DNA of 63,374 bases, filler included, from Rhabdomonas costata (lineage: Eukaryota), in the NCBI GenBank assembly GCA_019059605.1. It is 52 parts of 52 records of this genome, joined end to end, with 100 filler letters (N's around TTAATTAATTAA, not from the genome) between each part and the next. Parts side by side here need not be neighbours in the genome. Positions count along the whole stretch, not along the records: positions 39,067 to 40,187 come from JAHMHO010027570.1; positions 40,288 to 41,408 come from JAHMHO010027571.1; positions 41,509 to 42,626 come from JAHMHO010027572.1; positions 42,727 to 43,847 come from JAHMHO010027573.1; positions 43,948 to 45,061 come from JAHMHO010027574.1; positions 45,162 to 46,282 come from JAHMHO010027575.1; positions 46,383 to 47,503 come from JAHMHO010027576.1; positions 47,604 to 48,727 come from JAHMHO010027577.1; 44 more parts are not named here. One strand, 5' to 3'. The stretch's first letter is position 1; every line of letters starts with the position of its first letter. The notes beneath the pieces were generated by a model, which saw only the letters and a list, made by a program, of their open reading frames with translations, did not search any database and was not told the origin of the DNA. The position numbers and the translations under genes are program-made. Of the stretch, positions 39,411-52,291 are shown in pieces.

Positions 39411-39953
39411 CACGGGGTACATACCGTGTGCTGCCATCGAAAGTGGAATTAGTAACAAAAAAGGCAACCAAAAGAATACCGACAGCAACCTGTTTACACG
39501 CCCCGAAAGGTACACTTCAAAGTTCCCCAACGAGCCAACGAGGATGGGATCTTCCATCTCAAATCGGGCACTGGAGGGGGGGGGTGTGGTAAACGATTGG
39601 CACTGCAAAGCCTGCTTTTGGAATTGCATTTGTTGGGCTGTAGCGAACATGTAGGAAAGGTTAATTTTCCTTTGGCAGTCGTACAATTGGGTGGCAGTGC
39701 TCCGTTTAATACTACTCCTGCCTATTGCAAAACATCCCCCCTTCCAAAAATACACCTTAAACCCACCCACACACAAAACAAACAAAAAACAAAACAAACT
39801 GCCAGAGCGAGAGAGATAGAGGTCAATAAGCCGGCAACGCAACACTAAAAAGCTGTGCACAACAGCTTGCTCATGGAGAAACTCACTCTTTGACAACCTC
39901 GCCTGCGCCTGTATGCGTGTTCGTGGGCGGAAGCGTGCGTGAGGACCGTGTAC

Positions 39954-40094
39954 CTTGATCTTGTGAATCCCGTAGTGTGCTGCGCAGCAGTCGATTACGC
40001 GGAAGTTGTACCCTATCCATGAGAGCATGTCCAGGGCGGAAAGGGCGTTGGACTGCGCGGTGAAGTTGCAAATGTCACTGAAGAAGATCGTTGC
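39954..40094 (-). CDS. Class III (guanylate-type) cyclase exon, N-terminal part of catalytic domain
   Basis: ATIFFSDICNFT...IDCCAAHYGIHKIK matches TIxFSDIxxFT...D......GxxKxx. AG/GT boundaries. Confidence 0.88.
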
Positions 40095-40419
40095 CTGTGA
40101 GCACGGCGAAAAAGAAAAGCGAAAAAATAGAAAAATGCAACGAAAGAAAGAGACAGGAACGAAACAATGAAGTCGTCAACCAACAAANNNNNNNNNNNNN
40201 NNNNNNNNNNNNNNNNNNNNNNNNNNNNNNNTTAATTAATTAANNNNNNNNNNNNNNNNNNNNNNNNNNNNNNNNNNNNNNNNNNNNTGGGGTGTGGCCC
40301 AGCGACCTGCAAATTCGGAGCTCAATTCCATCGGACGCAAGGTCTCAATGCTTCGCCGCAAAACTGGGGTTGGGAGCTTCTCCCACGCACTGCTGTCAGT
40401 CCTCTACGACCTCCGCCGC

Positions 40420-41330
40420 CGTAGGCTCCGCAGACCACTAACCGGCCAGTGTTGCTCCAGTGTGTTGATACGCAATTGCTGGCCATTTCCCGGTCGCTGG
40501 GCCACGCGTTACATACCAAGCTCACCCAGCGCCAGTCTTGGTGGCGATACGCTCCACACCATTGGAAGTATGCGCCAGTTGTCATCTACCTGTTTGGACA
40601 CACCAGCCTGTGGTCGGTCACCATTCTGTCGGCAATGTGGACACAATGTGACTCGGTGGCATCTGTGGACCAACAGGTGCAGTCCTTCTGAGTGCAGGTG
40701 GTGTGTAATTGACATGCTTGTGTCATGCTGGACTCTTCGGAGCGTTTGGCGACATTTTTGACGTCCTACTTTGCCGCCTACATCACTGCCTCGCGTGTCT
40801 ACATGAGGCCTGGACGTCAGAACGTTTCAAACGGGTCTTCGGAACCATGCGTGCCTGATCGTCGCACGGCCTCCGTTGGTTCCCGAAGGCCATCTGGCAT
40901 GGACCGTGGGTGTTCTGATAGAACCGACATACTCAACCTGATGTTTGATCCCCTCCACCGCTATGCGGTCGCTCATGGTGTTGGCGTACTCATTCAGGAG
41001 GCGGTGCTTGTGGCTTCGGGAAGATTTCACGAAGACGTCTCTATGGTATCCGCGTCACTCCAAGAGGATGTTCTCCTGGTCCATTGTTACCGGGATTGGT
41101 GCGACATCTCGGTCTCACGGTACACTTGGCAAGACGCAAATCTGGACACCGGACCAAACATGCAGCGGCCAGGTGACCCTGTCGCTACACGACGACCAGC
41201 TCGCACTTACCACGCGCCCCACATTCCGCATTGTCGTGGTGGAGCTGAGCTTGGACTTGGGCTTGGACTTGGGCTTGGTCTCCGTTTCGGCCGTCCACAC
41301 TCGGACCCGCTTGAACGCAGACATATTGGC
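40420..41330 (+). pseudogene. Decayed non-LTR retrotransposon reverse transcriptase
   Basis: Motif relics in the expected order: RRPLT (YRPI), CDSV (AFDSV), RGCSDRTDILNLMFDPL (QGCPLSPLLFNLxxDPL), RFHEDVSMVSAS (YADDLxL), RDWCD, FRIVVVEL (FKYLG). Stops and frameshifts are present; no introns. Confidence 0.7.
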
Positions 41331-41508
41331 GGTCAAGCGCCTCCACCAGATTGATGTGCCGGCCGGATCGCCGCCCTGCTCTGGCGCTCTGCGGTTCTCC
41401 CCCAAACCNNNNNNNNNNNNNNNNNNNNNNNNNNNNNNNNNNNNNNNNNNNNTTAATTAATTAANNNNNNNNNNNNNNNNNNNNNNNNNNNNNNNNNNNN
41501 NNNNNNNN

Positions 41509-42268
41509 GAGGCGGCATCGTGAAGTGGGGTGGCTCCCTCGGAGTTCTGCAAATGGAAAGAGATAGACGCCCCACACCAATAAGACGCCCTTGGGATGCA
41601 GGCAGCATGAGAATGCAAGATGGGGGGCAACGTGTGCAGGTGCTTCTTCACTCCTCAACGCATGCATACGAAACATCTGGTACGACTTCGCTGTTGGTTT
41701 GGAGCTGTGTAAGCGTGTCCAACATTCCAATTTTTATCGAACTTGAAGGAAAACGAGCAGTGTGTCCTTTTCAGTTTCATTCTTAGGTGGGATCGCGGAA
41801 GAGGAGGGGAGGGGGAAGCAGAGGCTCGGACGTGCCTGCCGAGGGTGCAGCGGCAGTGCCGCAGTCTCCCGCCTTTCGCTCATTGGTTGCCGTATAAGGC
41901 ACGTGCCTCATGTCCCTAACAATTTTCTGGGCCAACGTATGCATGAGTTGGACGACAGGGAACCAGTTGAAGAAAGGGGTCGTCAGAAAGCAACAAAGCA
42001 AAAGAGTCTGTGGGTGTGTCTCTGTAAGGGTGACTGGGAATAGTGCCTGAACATTGAGCGGGGCTCCCAGGGAGATCAGCTTCTCCACAATTCCAAAGGG
42101 CGCGCCTTTCTGAACCGCGAGGTGAAGCACAGTGTGTCCACCGCAGGAGCTGTCGCTGGCCACGCTGAGATCCAGAGACAGCGCAGCAGCTTTGTTCAGC
42201 ACAAGAGGCAGGATCTCCCACTTGCTGGTGTTCGCGGCGCAGTACGCAACCGTGCGGCTCTTGCCATC
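41509..42268 (-). CDS. Ankyrin-repeat protein, partial; exons 42268-42047 and 41546-41509, joined by a GC-AG intron
   Basis: GHTVLHLAVQKGAPFGIVEKLISLGAPLNVQ|NSEGATPLHDAA gives exact ankyrin spacing. Confidence 0.88.
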
Positions 42269-45200
42269 CTGCAGGGAAAAAACCAAAAAAGACGGAAAAA
42301 AAAAGAAGACGTGCACGGCAGAGTCAAGGGCAGAAAAGAAAGTCCCGAGTGGGCTCCCAAGTGTTCTCGTAGAGAAGGGCTACAGAAAGGAGCTCTTTCT
42401 TAATCAAAAATTGCTTCTCTGCTCTCCTGCAGCGAAAAGCAATCAAAGCCAAGGGTACCGGGGTTCATACCGTGCAGCACAACATCAAAAGCCTTCAACA
42501 GCTTCGCTGCATGGGTCCTCGAATGGAAACAAAAAATAGAATGACGGGCCCCATCAGAAAAGCGCAAACCAGCCGTTGCGCCATTGCCCCTTCCTTCCCG
42601 ATACAAACCAGCACACTTCACACCACNNNNNNNNNNNNNNNNNNNNNNNNNNNNNNNNNNNNNNNNNNNNTTAATTAATTAANNNNNNNNNNNNNNNNNN
42701 NNNNNNNNNNNNNNNNNNNNNNNNNNTGTTGGTGGGGCGCACGAAGAGGGACAGAGAAAGTGTGTGTTGTGTATGTGTGTGTGGGGGGGGGGCGGACACG
42801 CACGTTACGGCGATGTCCACGAGAGGAAGAGGCAGCCCCAACGGAGGTCGAGCTTCCCTCGTGACAGAAAAAAAAGTCGTGAGAAGGAAGAAAAAAACCA
42901 GTAGAACACTAAGAAGAAGAACAATGCTATGTGCCATTCAGGCGGAGGGCTTAGGGTCCGTTTTCGGCCGTAAGGCACAGTCCTCCCTCTGCACCATGGC
43001 ATCCCCTAAAAGAGCATACAAAACCTATGCAAACAGCGCCCAAAATTAGGGCAAAATTTGCAATTATTATTTAGGTTTCCAAAATGTCCCTATTTTGTTT
43101 TCACCTTTTTTTTCTTCAGATCTCTCATTAATGAGCATGAAGCTACTCCACATTCATTGTACAACACTGCTTCCCCGAGGTGAGAGATAAGGATTTTCGT
43201 TTCGGTTTCGGCTTTTGGTTGCCACCACACCAGCACACTCACCAAAGAAAAAGGTTCCTTTACGGGCAAGTTTCACACACAAGCCCACACCTCTTCCTAT
43301 CCTGGCCACTACCATGGTTTTCAGTCTGAGCGGAAAAAACGCACAACGACCTTGCTCCATTATGGCGTGGATTTCGACTGCCTACGAGAGGCGTCGGTAC
43401 ATCGCGCCTTCGAGGAGGACACATCTTGATCGAATCGATAGCAAATCACTGGGACCACTGGCATCGAGCTCCAGACATCCGAACCAGATCTCCCCCCCAC
43501 AAAATCCAGATGCGTGGGCCGAGGGCTGACCCTGGCTATCACTTTTGGAAGGCAGAGGTTCGCGCCCAGCGCCACTCGCAGACAGCTTGTACAACACCAC
43601 AGGACACGCTTAGCATCACCATTCTTCATCTTTCCGCACCCTTCCCCCCCTCCTCCTTCCCCGCAGCCAAGCGGCGGTAAAGGAGGCGCATGTGAAATCC
43701 TTTCCTCAGAAATGCGCACCGCAAGGGCGACAATGTGGAAAGCTGAGGACAGCACGTCGGGTACGCCCCTGAGCGCAATTCCTCCTTTTTTTTTTGCCAG
43801 TCACAGCGTGCCGCAGAGAAAATGCATCTTTGTGACACACCAAACCCNNNNNNNNNNNNNNNNNNNNNNNNNNNNNNNNNNNNNNNNNNNNTTAATTAAT
43901 TAANNNNNNNNNNNNNNNNNNNNNNNNNNNNNNNNNNNNNNNNNNNNTTTTTGTTGGCTCTGCACTGGGAACCTCCCGCACGCAGAGCCAACAGAAACAA
44001 TCCAGGGCAGGCAGAACACACGAGAGAGGGGGGGGGTTCAGCAGAGAGAAAGCCACTGTCAGACAAAGAAAAGAGTGTAAGCAGACGAGCGGGAGGGAAG
44101 GAGGATACAGATTTCTGTTTTACTGCGTCTAAGAAGGGGCATCAGGCAGCCGAAACCGCGGCATCTGGAGCATCTCCCGAACTGAGTCCTCAACAAAGTA
44201 CCGGGCCAACTGGGCCTTCTGCAGCGCCACTGACCACCGCTGCCAGCATTCTCACTGAAGTGTGCCGGACGTCTCGGAGCCAGCCATGACGGTATGAGCG
44301 ACGTAGCAGTTGAACAGCTTGGTGACGAAACGCAGCCCGCCGCTTCCCAGACATCCAAAGGATCCGTGCCCACAGCCGGGAACATCATCCCAGTCTGCGT
44401 GCACTGAGAGGCACAATGCTCCTCTTTTGCCCTCTCGACGTCGTCCCCGTTAGCCCGCGGCTTAAAGGGCTAGGCTGTGAACTGGCGGCGAGGTCCACAC
44501 CGGCGTCCCAGGTGTACTGCAGGATATCCGGGGGTAAACAGCAAACAGCAAACAGCACACACGGAACAAGAAAGTGACTGCGGGAAAGCACCTCCCTGGA
44601 GGTGTGGGGGTGAGGCGGCGAGGGAGGGGGACTGGAGCAAAAACCGGCGTGTGCGCAAGATACTCATTCTTTTCAGAGTGTACAGATTTTGGATACATCT
44701 CGGTATTCACCCGCCAACACACCTTGGTTGCACGGCGGCCATGTTAACTGTCCAGTGGAGTGCAGTCCTTTGGTCCTTTGGTTCTATCCACTACCTCAAT
44801 GAAAGATCCATACGCAAACCGAACAAAGCAAATGGCCCTGACTAGGAATATTCAGGAATCTACTCTCTCTTTCTGTCACCGCCGGACGAGTTCTCAGTTC
44901 TGCAGTAAAAATGATGAGCCTCCCGTTGACTCTAAAAATAGATCCAGGACAGCCTTCAGGACAGCCTTGCGCATGCAAAATCACACACAAACACACACAC
45001 AAGATAAGGGAGATGGCGAGGAGCACCTGCTGTTCCCCCCAGCCGGTCCAGCACCATACCCNNNNNNNNNNNNNNNNNNNNNNNNNNNNNNNNNNNNNNN
45101 NNNNNTTAATTAATTAANNNNNNNNNNNNNNNNNNNNNNNNNNNNNNNNNNNNNNNNNNNNGTGGGGGGGTGTGGTATCCCTTGGCAGAAGAAGATTTGG

Positions 45201-45285
45201 GAAGGCACACCAGGCGATGTGTTCAATCGGGAGGGGTTCCGATTGGATGCCTTTTGCATAACCTTTTGCACCATTCCTGCCTCAG

Positions 45286-45481
45286 GGTATTCAGGAGTAC
45301 ATCAACGCCCAGAAGGACAAGGATGACTCCACTACAGTGTCTGACGGCCCGGGCACCCCGGCCCTCTCGAAGCGCAGTGGGCCGGTGAGCCAAAGGAAGC
45401 GGAAGGCCGGGGGCGCTGACCCGAAAGAAAGGCCCGCCGCAGAGGCTGCCAAGGACACCAAAGAGAAGGAAGAGGAGAGCG
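45286..45481 (+). CDS. Charged low-complexity exon, unknown protein
   Basis: CAG|GIQEYINAQKDKDD...KRKAGG...KEKEEES|GT with GC-rich codons. Confidence 0.45.
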
Positions 45482-47116
45482 GTGTGTGGTGAGAGACTCA
45501 GTGCTGCCCAAGTCGATGCTCCGTGAGTGCATGCTTGTATTTTTGAAAGTAGATACACAGATGCATAGTTATGGCCGTTTGGCGCACCACGAATTGCTTA
45601 TTCTGGACAACCTGGATGGCCCTCGGAATTTTTTGGTCGAGCCATTGACCTGGCCTGGTTTATGGGATAGACTCAGAAAGGCACTGTACGAAATGTGGGA
45701 AATGTACTTATTAGGGAGGGAGGCATAAATGCGCTAGCGCCCAGTTCACTGTTTTATGCGAGGTTTGGGTACTGGTATTGGTAGTCTCACAATTCGGCAG
45801 TGATTTATTGCATGCCACAAATTTCCCGCCCGGGGCAATCCAGAATAGTTCCAGAAGCACTGCCTGGGGTTTCCTCAATGAAGTTTCGTCTCCTTGTGAC
45901 GCGACCCTTTCGGAGGGGTTGTCGGCCGTTTCCTTCTTTGTGGGAATGGGTCCGCCAGGGAGGTTGGAGCTCACGAAGGGGAAGAAGTCCGCGCAGTCCC
46001 GCGAGGACAAGCCCGTCAAGGGTAGGCACTTGGAGCGCACCAAGGGCCAGGCCGCCGCTGCGGCGGATGCGCGCCTCACAGGCTCCAAAGAGGTTGCGAA
46101 ATGTCTTAAACGCGCACGCAAATATGCAACACTTGCGTTCATGATAAACTGTTGGATACAACTACCTGCCGGCATCTGTGTCTCTGTTAAACTTTGTGCC
46201 GCGAGACCTCTTCATTGCCAGCTGAGTGCATCGTTGTCGCACACGTTGGTGGTCTGTCGCACAACCGGCCGGGCGACCCAAANNNNNNNNNNNNNNNNNN
46301 NNNNNNNNNNNNNNNNNNNNNNNNNNTTAATTAATTAANNNNNNNNNNNNNNNNNNNNNNNNNNNNNNNNNNNNNNNNNNNNGGTGTTGGTGGATTGCAG
46401 CATATGCTAATCAATTCTGTAGTGTCTTTTGACACGCACCGACGGCACCCACGGTCTCACAAGCAAGTACACGGGGATGCGGATCATCCGTCATATTGGG
46501 AAGTGGGGGTTTTGGGTCTCGAAGATGGCGAAGAACTGCCACAGGGCCAACATAGGGCATTGGTGTATCGATATCCATCGCATGGAATTCTACAGACATA
46601 TGCACATTCCGATCGCGTGGAATTCTACACACATACAGACTCACACACTTCACCCACACTCACACACTCACACACTTGTACAAATGCCTTTCAACCCCCA
46701 CCACCGACAGCGGCGGACGAGGTCAGCAAACCTGTTTTGAAGAACTGCCTCACGACGCAGAGCCCAGATGCAATCGATTGCGTGGAACGAGACACACAAA
46801 CTCCCTTGTGTTGTGCGAACGATGAATCTCCTGTTCTCCTTGTTTTCCGTTGATGTTTGGCCACAGCAGCACAATCGGATGCAGTGGATCTTTGGCAGCC
46901 CCCGAATGTTAGGTTCGCGGGGAGTGTTTGTATTTCAATGGTTTGCCCGAGTTGGCTAACTTCCCATGTTCGACGAAGGCGCTTTGATATCAGCACAACA
47001 GTCGGTGCGGTGGATTGTGGCTGCCGTAGTAGCACTGTACCCGCCCCCGTCCCAATCCACGATCGGAGTCGATGACGAGTCTGGGGTCATGTTTTTCCTA
47101 ACTGTTGCTCACCCAG

Positions 47117-47212
47117 ATTACGATGATGTATGTGCGGTTCACGAACCTGGCTGAGCTTCTCCGCGGTAATCCCACGGAGACCGTCACGGCGTACAACAAC
47201 TTCATTGAGGCG
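47117..47212 (+). CDS. Degenerate class III cyclase-like exon
   Basis: ITMMYVRFTNLAELL...ETVTAYNNFIEA resembles the beta1-alpha1-alpha2 start of class III cyclases but lacks the catalytic Asp. Confidence 0.45.
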
Positions 47213-47741
47213 GTGTGTAAATTCACAGATACCGCTTCCTCTTTTTTTGGCTTTGTGGGGTTAAGGTTTTCGGCAGCTCACTGTAGTTTTCGGTGTTCGG
47301 ATCTTCACCCTTTCAAATTACGAAGTCTTTCATGAAATTGGCTGATCCCAACTCGCCCGATCGAGCGGAAGCGGACTAGAGTATACCCAAGACGACCAAG
47401 ACGACTGGGCCCAAGAATATGTCAAAGTCACCGGAAACCGGAAAGCCATTACATGTCACTTCCGCTGGATTGTTCCAGTGTTGCATGGCGCCCCCAAACA
47501 CCCNNNNNNNNNNNNNNNNNNNNNNNNNNNNNNNNNNNNNNNNNNNNTTAATTAATTAANNNNNNNNNNNNNNNNNNNNNNNNNNNNNNNNNNNNNNNNN
47601 NNNGGGTGTTGTGAGGCTGCTGGGCGATGGCGAATGGGGATGAGTTAGGGTCCAGCGAAGCCGGAGGTTTCATGCGGCGCGGAAGTCTCCGCCCGGAGGC
47701 CCAATGTTGCTGCGGAGAATCCTCTGTTCCCATGCCTGCAG

Positions 47742-47744
<3 letters not shown>

Positions 47745-47782
<38 letters not shown>
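47745..47782. repeat. (CA)n microsatellite
   Basis: Directly visible. Confidence 0.95.
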
Positions 47783-47783
<1 letters not shown>

Positions 47784-50293
47784 CCGGGTGTGAGGGAGAA
47801 CACTGGTACGGATACTGTCAGGCACCGAGGTCGGCTCGACTCCATATCACGGTCTAACATGCTGGTCTCAATTAGGCGTTAGGGTTGAGGCAACTCTGGC
47901 CCCACCCCAACCAGGACTTCCCCTGTGGAACAAGGGGGCCAGCATGTCCCTGGTTGGGGACATACGTTTCCTGGAGATGACGGAGTCTCGAGCAGTCGCG
48001 AGACTTGAGATGATGACTGAGAAAGGTCCATCTCTTCTCAAACACGGGGCTCTCTCTCCTTTTCATGGCACCTTGGCAACTGCACTGCTTTTCGCCTCGT
48101 TTGCCTTTGAACACCATCCCTCGTTCGGGTGTTGTTTCCTCACCTACTAAAGTACCTTACACCGTAAACTCAGAACTGCACCATACCACATGGCTGTAAT
48201 TAAACCCTACCTTTACCTACCTTATCAACAAACAGCCGGTTAGAGAATTGACAGTTCGCTTCAAAAGATCAATACAATCACGGAATCACCCGGAAACAAT
48301 CGCGCATTCGGCGCAGTATCCCATATCTAACTACCTTTTGGGTTCCCGGTCAAGAAAACTGTCCGGGTTCATCACATGCCATGTCCCCAGACAGCGGCAT
48401 TTCTACAGGCTGAAAAGACTTTGAATGGAAAACCGTCACATACCATTTTCTGAGTTTCCGGGTGTAACTTACCTTAGAAGGGCCGGCACTCGGGCTGCTC
48501 CAGAGTGATCCCCCCAGAGCCCCCCTAGCTGCCGTTTAGGCGTTCTCTTGCTTGGAGGCGTGGAGCGGTCGTTTCTCAAAGAACCTTAAGCGTCGTCGTC
48601 GATGCGGTGGGCGTGCTAAACATTGCGTATTGCTCCCTGTCCGAGAATTGCACCAAGCCGCCAGGCTGATGGAGGTGTTGCCAGGAATGTACAACAGGTG
48701 CGTACGCCGAGACACACAAAAAAAACANNNNNNNNNNNNNNNNNNNNNNNNNNNNNNNNNNNNNNNNNNNNTTAATTAATTAANNNNNNNNNNNNNNNNN
48801 NNNNNNNNNNNNNNNNNNNNNNNNNNNGTGGTTGTGGGGCAAGGAGAGCATTGCAATTTCATCCCTTTGGAATAAAACGCGCCACGCAATGTTCCAAGGG
48901 CAACGAACGAACGAAGGAACGCAAGTGGAAGAGTGCCGGGCGTGCTGCTGTTGTCATGTGCAGGTTTCTTGCTACTGACGACGTCCCCTTGTGCTCTCTT
49001 GTTTTCGCTTGCGCGCGAGTTTGAGTGGAAACTCGAGAGTAACCACCACTGTGGATACGAATGAAGCAATGACACAAAGCAGAGTAACCACCACTCTAAA
49101 AAGAGGTTGTTGTGTTGGTCGCTTTGAGCAGCAACAGAATATAAACCTCGGTGCCATTGGGAATACAATATCAACGAACAAACCCACATGCATCTTTTGT
49201 GCGTTTATGGAAACTGTGACTTGTCGTTGTTGCCTTGCTGGACGGACCTTGGTGGCGGAGTGGGCGGCCGAGGCGGGGATGTAGATGGCTTGGATTTGGG
49301 GACACGTAGATGAGGATTTGGGGACTTTGGATTTGGCGACAGCGCTCACAGAACAGTACATATTCTCGCAGCAGGTCTGCGAGTCCCAGCTCCGCTACAC
49401 AAGTTAGTGCGCCCCATCAACAATTCGCCACACCGCTGTCACTCATTCACATACAGTGCTACAGGAAGCCAGCAGACACTTAACTGACGCAGAGACCCCC
49501 CATCAAGCCCCACAAATCCGGCAGGCGAGAACCTTATTCATTCCCCCACTGAATCGAGCAGCACGGTCGTACAGCGTCACGGCACTCCGGACGGCATGGT
49601 AGTATTGGCCCAAATCCACATTCGGAAAGAACGGCAGCCAAGGAATGCCCTGCCGCTTCTGCAAGGACACAAACGAGCTTCCCACACTAAATTCCCAGGA
49701 ATCATGACGCTCAAAGGGAGCTGCCCAAGCGAGGGGTGCGATCTTTATTGGAAGGGTAAAAACACTTCAAAGGCGCTTGAATCCCAAAGAGAGATATAGA
49801 GAGATAGAGAGAGTAACGGATGACTGTTTCATTCAAAACTGTATGAAATTGTAGCCTGAACACAAATCGAAAGCACAGTGATGCTGTTCAAATTCAGCTC
49901 GCCAACTACTTGATGGTAATGGGAAGCCAGAAAGACCGCAACACAACCNNNNNNNNNNNNNNNNNNNNNNNNNNNNNNNNNNNNNNNNNNNNTTAATTAA
50001 TTAANNNNNNNNNNNNNNNNNNNNNNNNNNNNNNNNNNNNNNNNNNNNGGGTTTTGGTGGAGATCTGGGGCAGCCCCGGCAAGGGCATTGTGGCGCTGGC
50101 CCCCCCGAAGAGCCTGAAGCCCAGCCCCAAGACTGTCGGTGCGATTTTCGTTATTTGGTCTTGCTAATTTGTTTCGAGCAGCTGAACTTTCTCGGCGTTC
50201 CCTTCGCATTGGTTGTGGTGTTGTGGCGTTGTGCGTTGTGCACACGAGATTGCTTTTTCCTGGTCGTGTCTCTGCCCTCTTCTTGTTGTTCAG

Positions 50294-51025
50294 ACGAGCT
50301 GGACCTGTCCTACCTGATGCCCATGCTGCTGCAGTGCAAGGAGTACACCGGAGGGGAAGCCCAGATCCGAGATTGCATGAAGGAGTACCAGCGGTTCCTG
50401 AAGCTGTACTTTGTGCCGCATGATTCGATCCTGGTAATTTCGCCGCGTTACTTTTTTTGGTATTCTCTGGGGTGGGGGGTACGCTCGGTCGAAACACGCG
50501 GTCTTTGGCAATTATGTGAGGTTGAGCAGGCGGTCAGCACGCAACTTTTCGCAGTATCTTGGCAGGTGCTGTTTCCCTCTGATTTTTTTTCGGTTCCCCT
50601 CCCACCGATGGTCTCTCTCTCAGGTCCCCTCCAAGCTGGTCGACCTGGTGTGGCACGCCCATGTCCTGCACAGCCACCAGTACATCCAGGACTGCCACGC
50701 CATCTTCGGGCAGATGTTCTGGCATCTTCCCGAGTATGTCTAGCGGCTCCCCGGCGGCCTTTTTTGTTACGCGATATACTCGTCCCGTTCACCACCGTTG
50801 ATGGGATGACCCCAACCCCACCATTTCGCGGAATTCCCCGCGTTGCTTCTTGTTTCATCTCTCTTGCTCCACAGGTACATCACTCTGCCGCCCTCGCAAA
50901 AGAGTGGGATCTCCGACACCCACGAGCTGTACGCCAAGGCCTATGGTGAGGAGCCCCCGATGTCCTTCTGGGGCCCCGTTCCCGAGCCCGCACCCCAGCC
51001 CAAGGCTGAGGGGGAGATCGCTGAG
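50294..51025 (+). CDS. GRDP-like (DUF1399-type) domain protein; exons 50294-50433, 50624-50733, 50875-51025
   Basis: EYQRFLKL...|VPSKLVDLVWHAHVLHSHQYIQDCHAIFGQMFWH...TH.LYAKAYGEEPP..FW. The EYxRFL, PSxxVDxxWHxHxL and YxxDC signatures are present and the introns are phase-consistent. Confidence 0.85.
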
Positions 51026-52050
51026 GTACGTGCACCGTGCACACGCACCGCACGGCCGGGCGCCCTGCGAGTGGTAGCTCAGGTAACGATATACGCACCT
51101 CTCGCGGTGTGATGGACACGAATCAATCGTCATCGATCATTAAAAAATATAGATTTGGAAAACACCACCNNNNNNNNNNNNNNNNNNNNNNNNNNNNNNN
51201 NNNNNNNNNNNNNTTAATTAATTAANNNNNNNNNNNNNNNNNNNNNNNNNNNNNNNNNNNNNNNNNNNNTTTGGTGTGGTGGGGCAGGGCAACCCAGTAG
51301 TGCGGTGACGGCGACCAGGGCGGCGGCCATCACGCGGACCTCCACGAAGCCCTGAAATCCGCCCTGGGTCTGGTGGCGATGCAGGAACTCCAGCAGCTGC
51401 CCCACGGAGGACAGCGAGAGCAGCGGAAGGGGCCCCAGCCCTGGCCACCACCAGTGGTGAGTGTGGGCAAAATAGGAGAGAAAGCGAGCGAATCAATATG
51501 GTACTTTCACTTTTCGAACGGTTTCTGGACAATCTATTTGAAGCTAATCGTATGTCAGCTGGCACTTCGTCAGTGGGATGGCTATGAAGGGTGTGAGACA
51601 TTCCTGTTTCGAAGAAGGCATTCACACGGCCCCAAATTAAGCAGAACAACAGCAAACAACAGCAAACAGCTTCGTCATGGAACCAAATCTAAAAAAGTGA
51701 ATATACTCAGTAATTCAAAAAAAGGGGGGGTTCATTTTTTCTCCCATGACCAGTGCGCGGCGAAAGCCAGCGGTCCAGCTGGAGAGTTTGGGCTTCCCTT
51801 CCAGAAACATCATGTGGAAGCTCAGACCTCGACATTGAGCAGGAAGCACATCTGCGCTTCATCGCAAAACCCTGTTGCCACGTTCAAACCACAGTGACAT
51901 AAGCGGCTCCTTTCCGGTTCCTTTCCTGCCCCCTCTTCTTGCGCAGACCCTTGTACACAGCCATTCTTTCTATACTCTGCGCGGATTGCCTTTCTTCCAT
52001 CTTGCGCCCTTTGCTCCTCAACTTCAAAGAACACTGTTGTGTCCCTCGAC

Positions 52051-52291
52051 CTGGAGAGGCAGCCTGCTGGGTCATCAGAAGCAGCCGCAGCAGAACGGCC
52101 ATCGCCACCGAAGGAAAGGCCTTCTCCCCGCAGGCCAGCACCACCAGCTCCGTGGCCACCATCCGCGAGGCCTCGGGCCCGGCGGCGCCGCAGTATCGCC
52201 CCACGAACTCCAGCACGCTGTGTACCTGGGCCACCGCGGTGGCCGTGGCAGAGGGCCCTCCAGAGAGGAGGCAGCTCATGCCCTCCCTGCA
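52051..52291 (-). CDS. Exon of an unknown helical-repeat protein
   Basis: AVAQVHSVLEFVGRYCG...ATELVVLACGEKAFPSVAMAVLLRLLL with AG/GT boundaries. Confidence 0.45.

Noticed and set aside
39210-40028. 272-aa minus-strand ORF as one protein
   Set aside because: Only its start overlaps a real cyclase exon; the rest is intron read-through. Many long ORFs in the track are similarly antisense or intronic.
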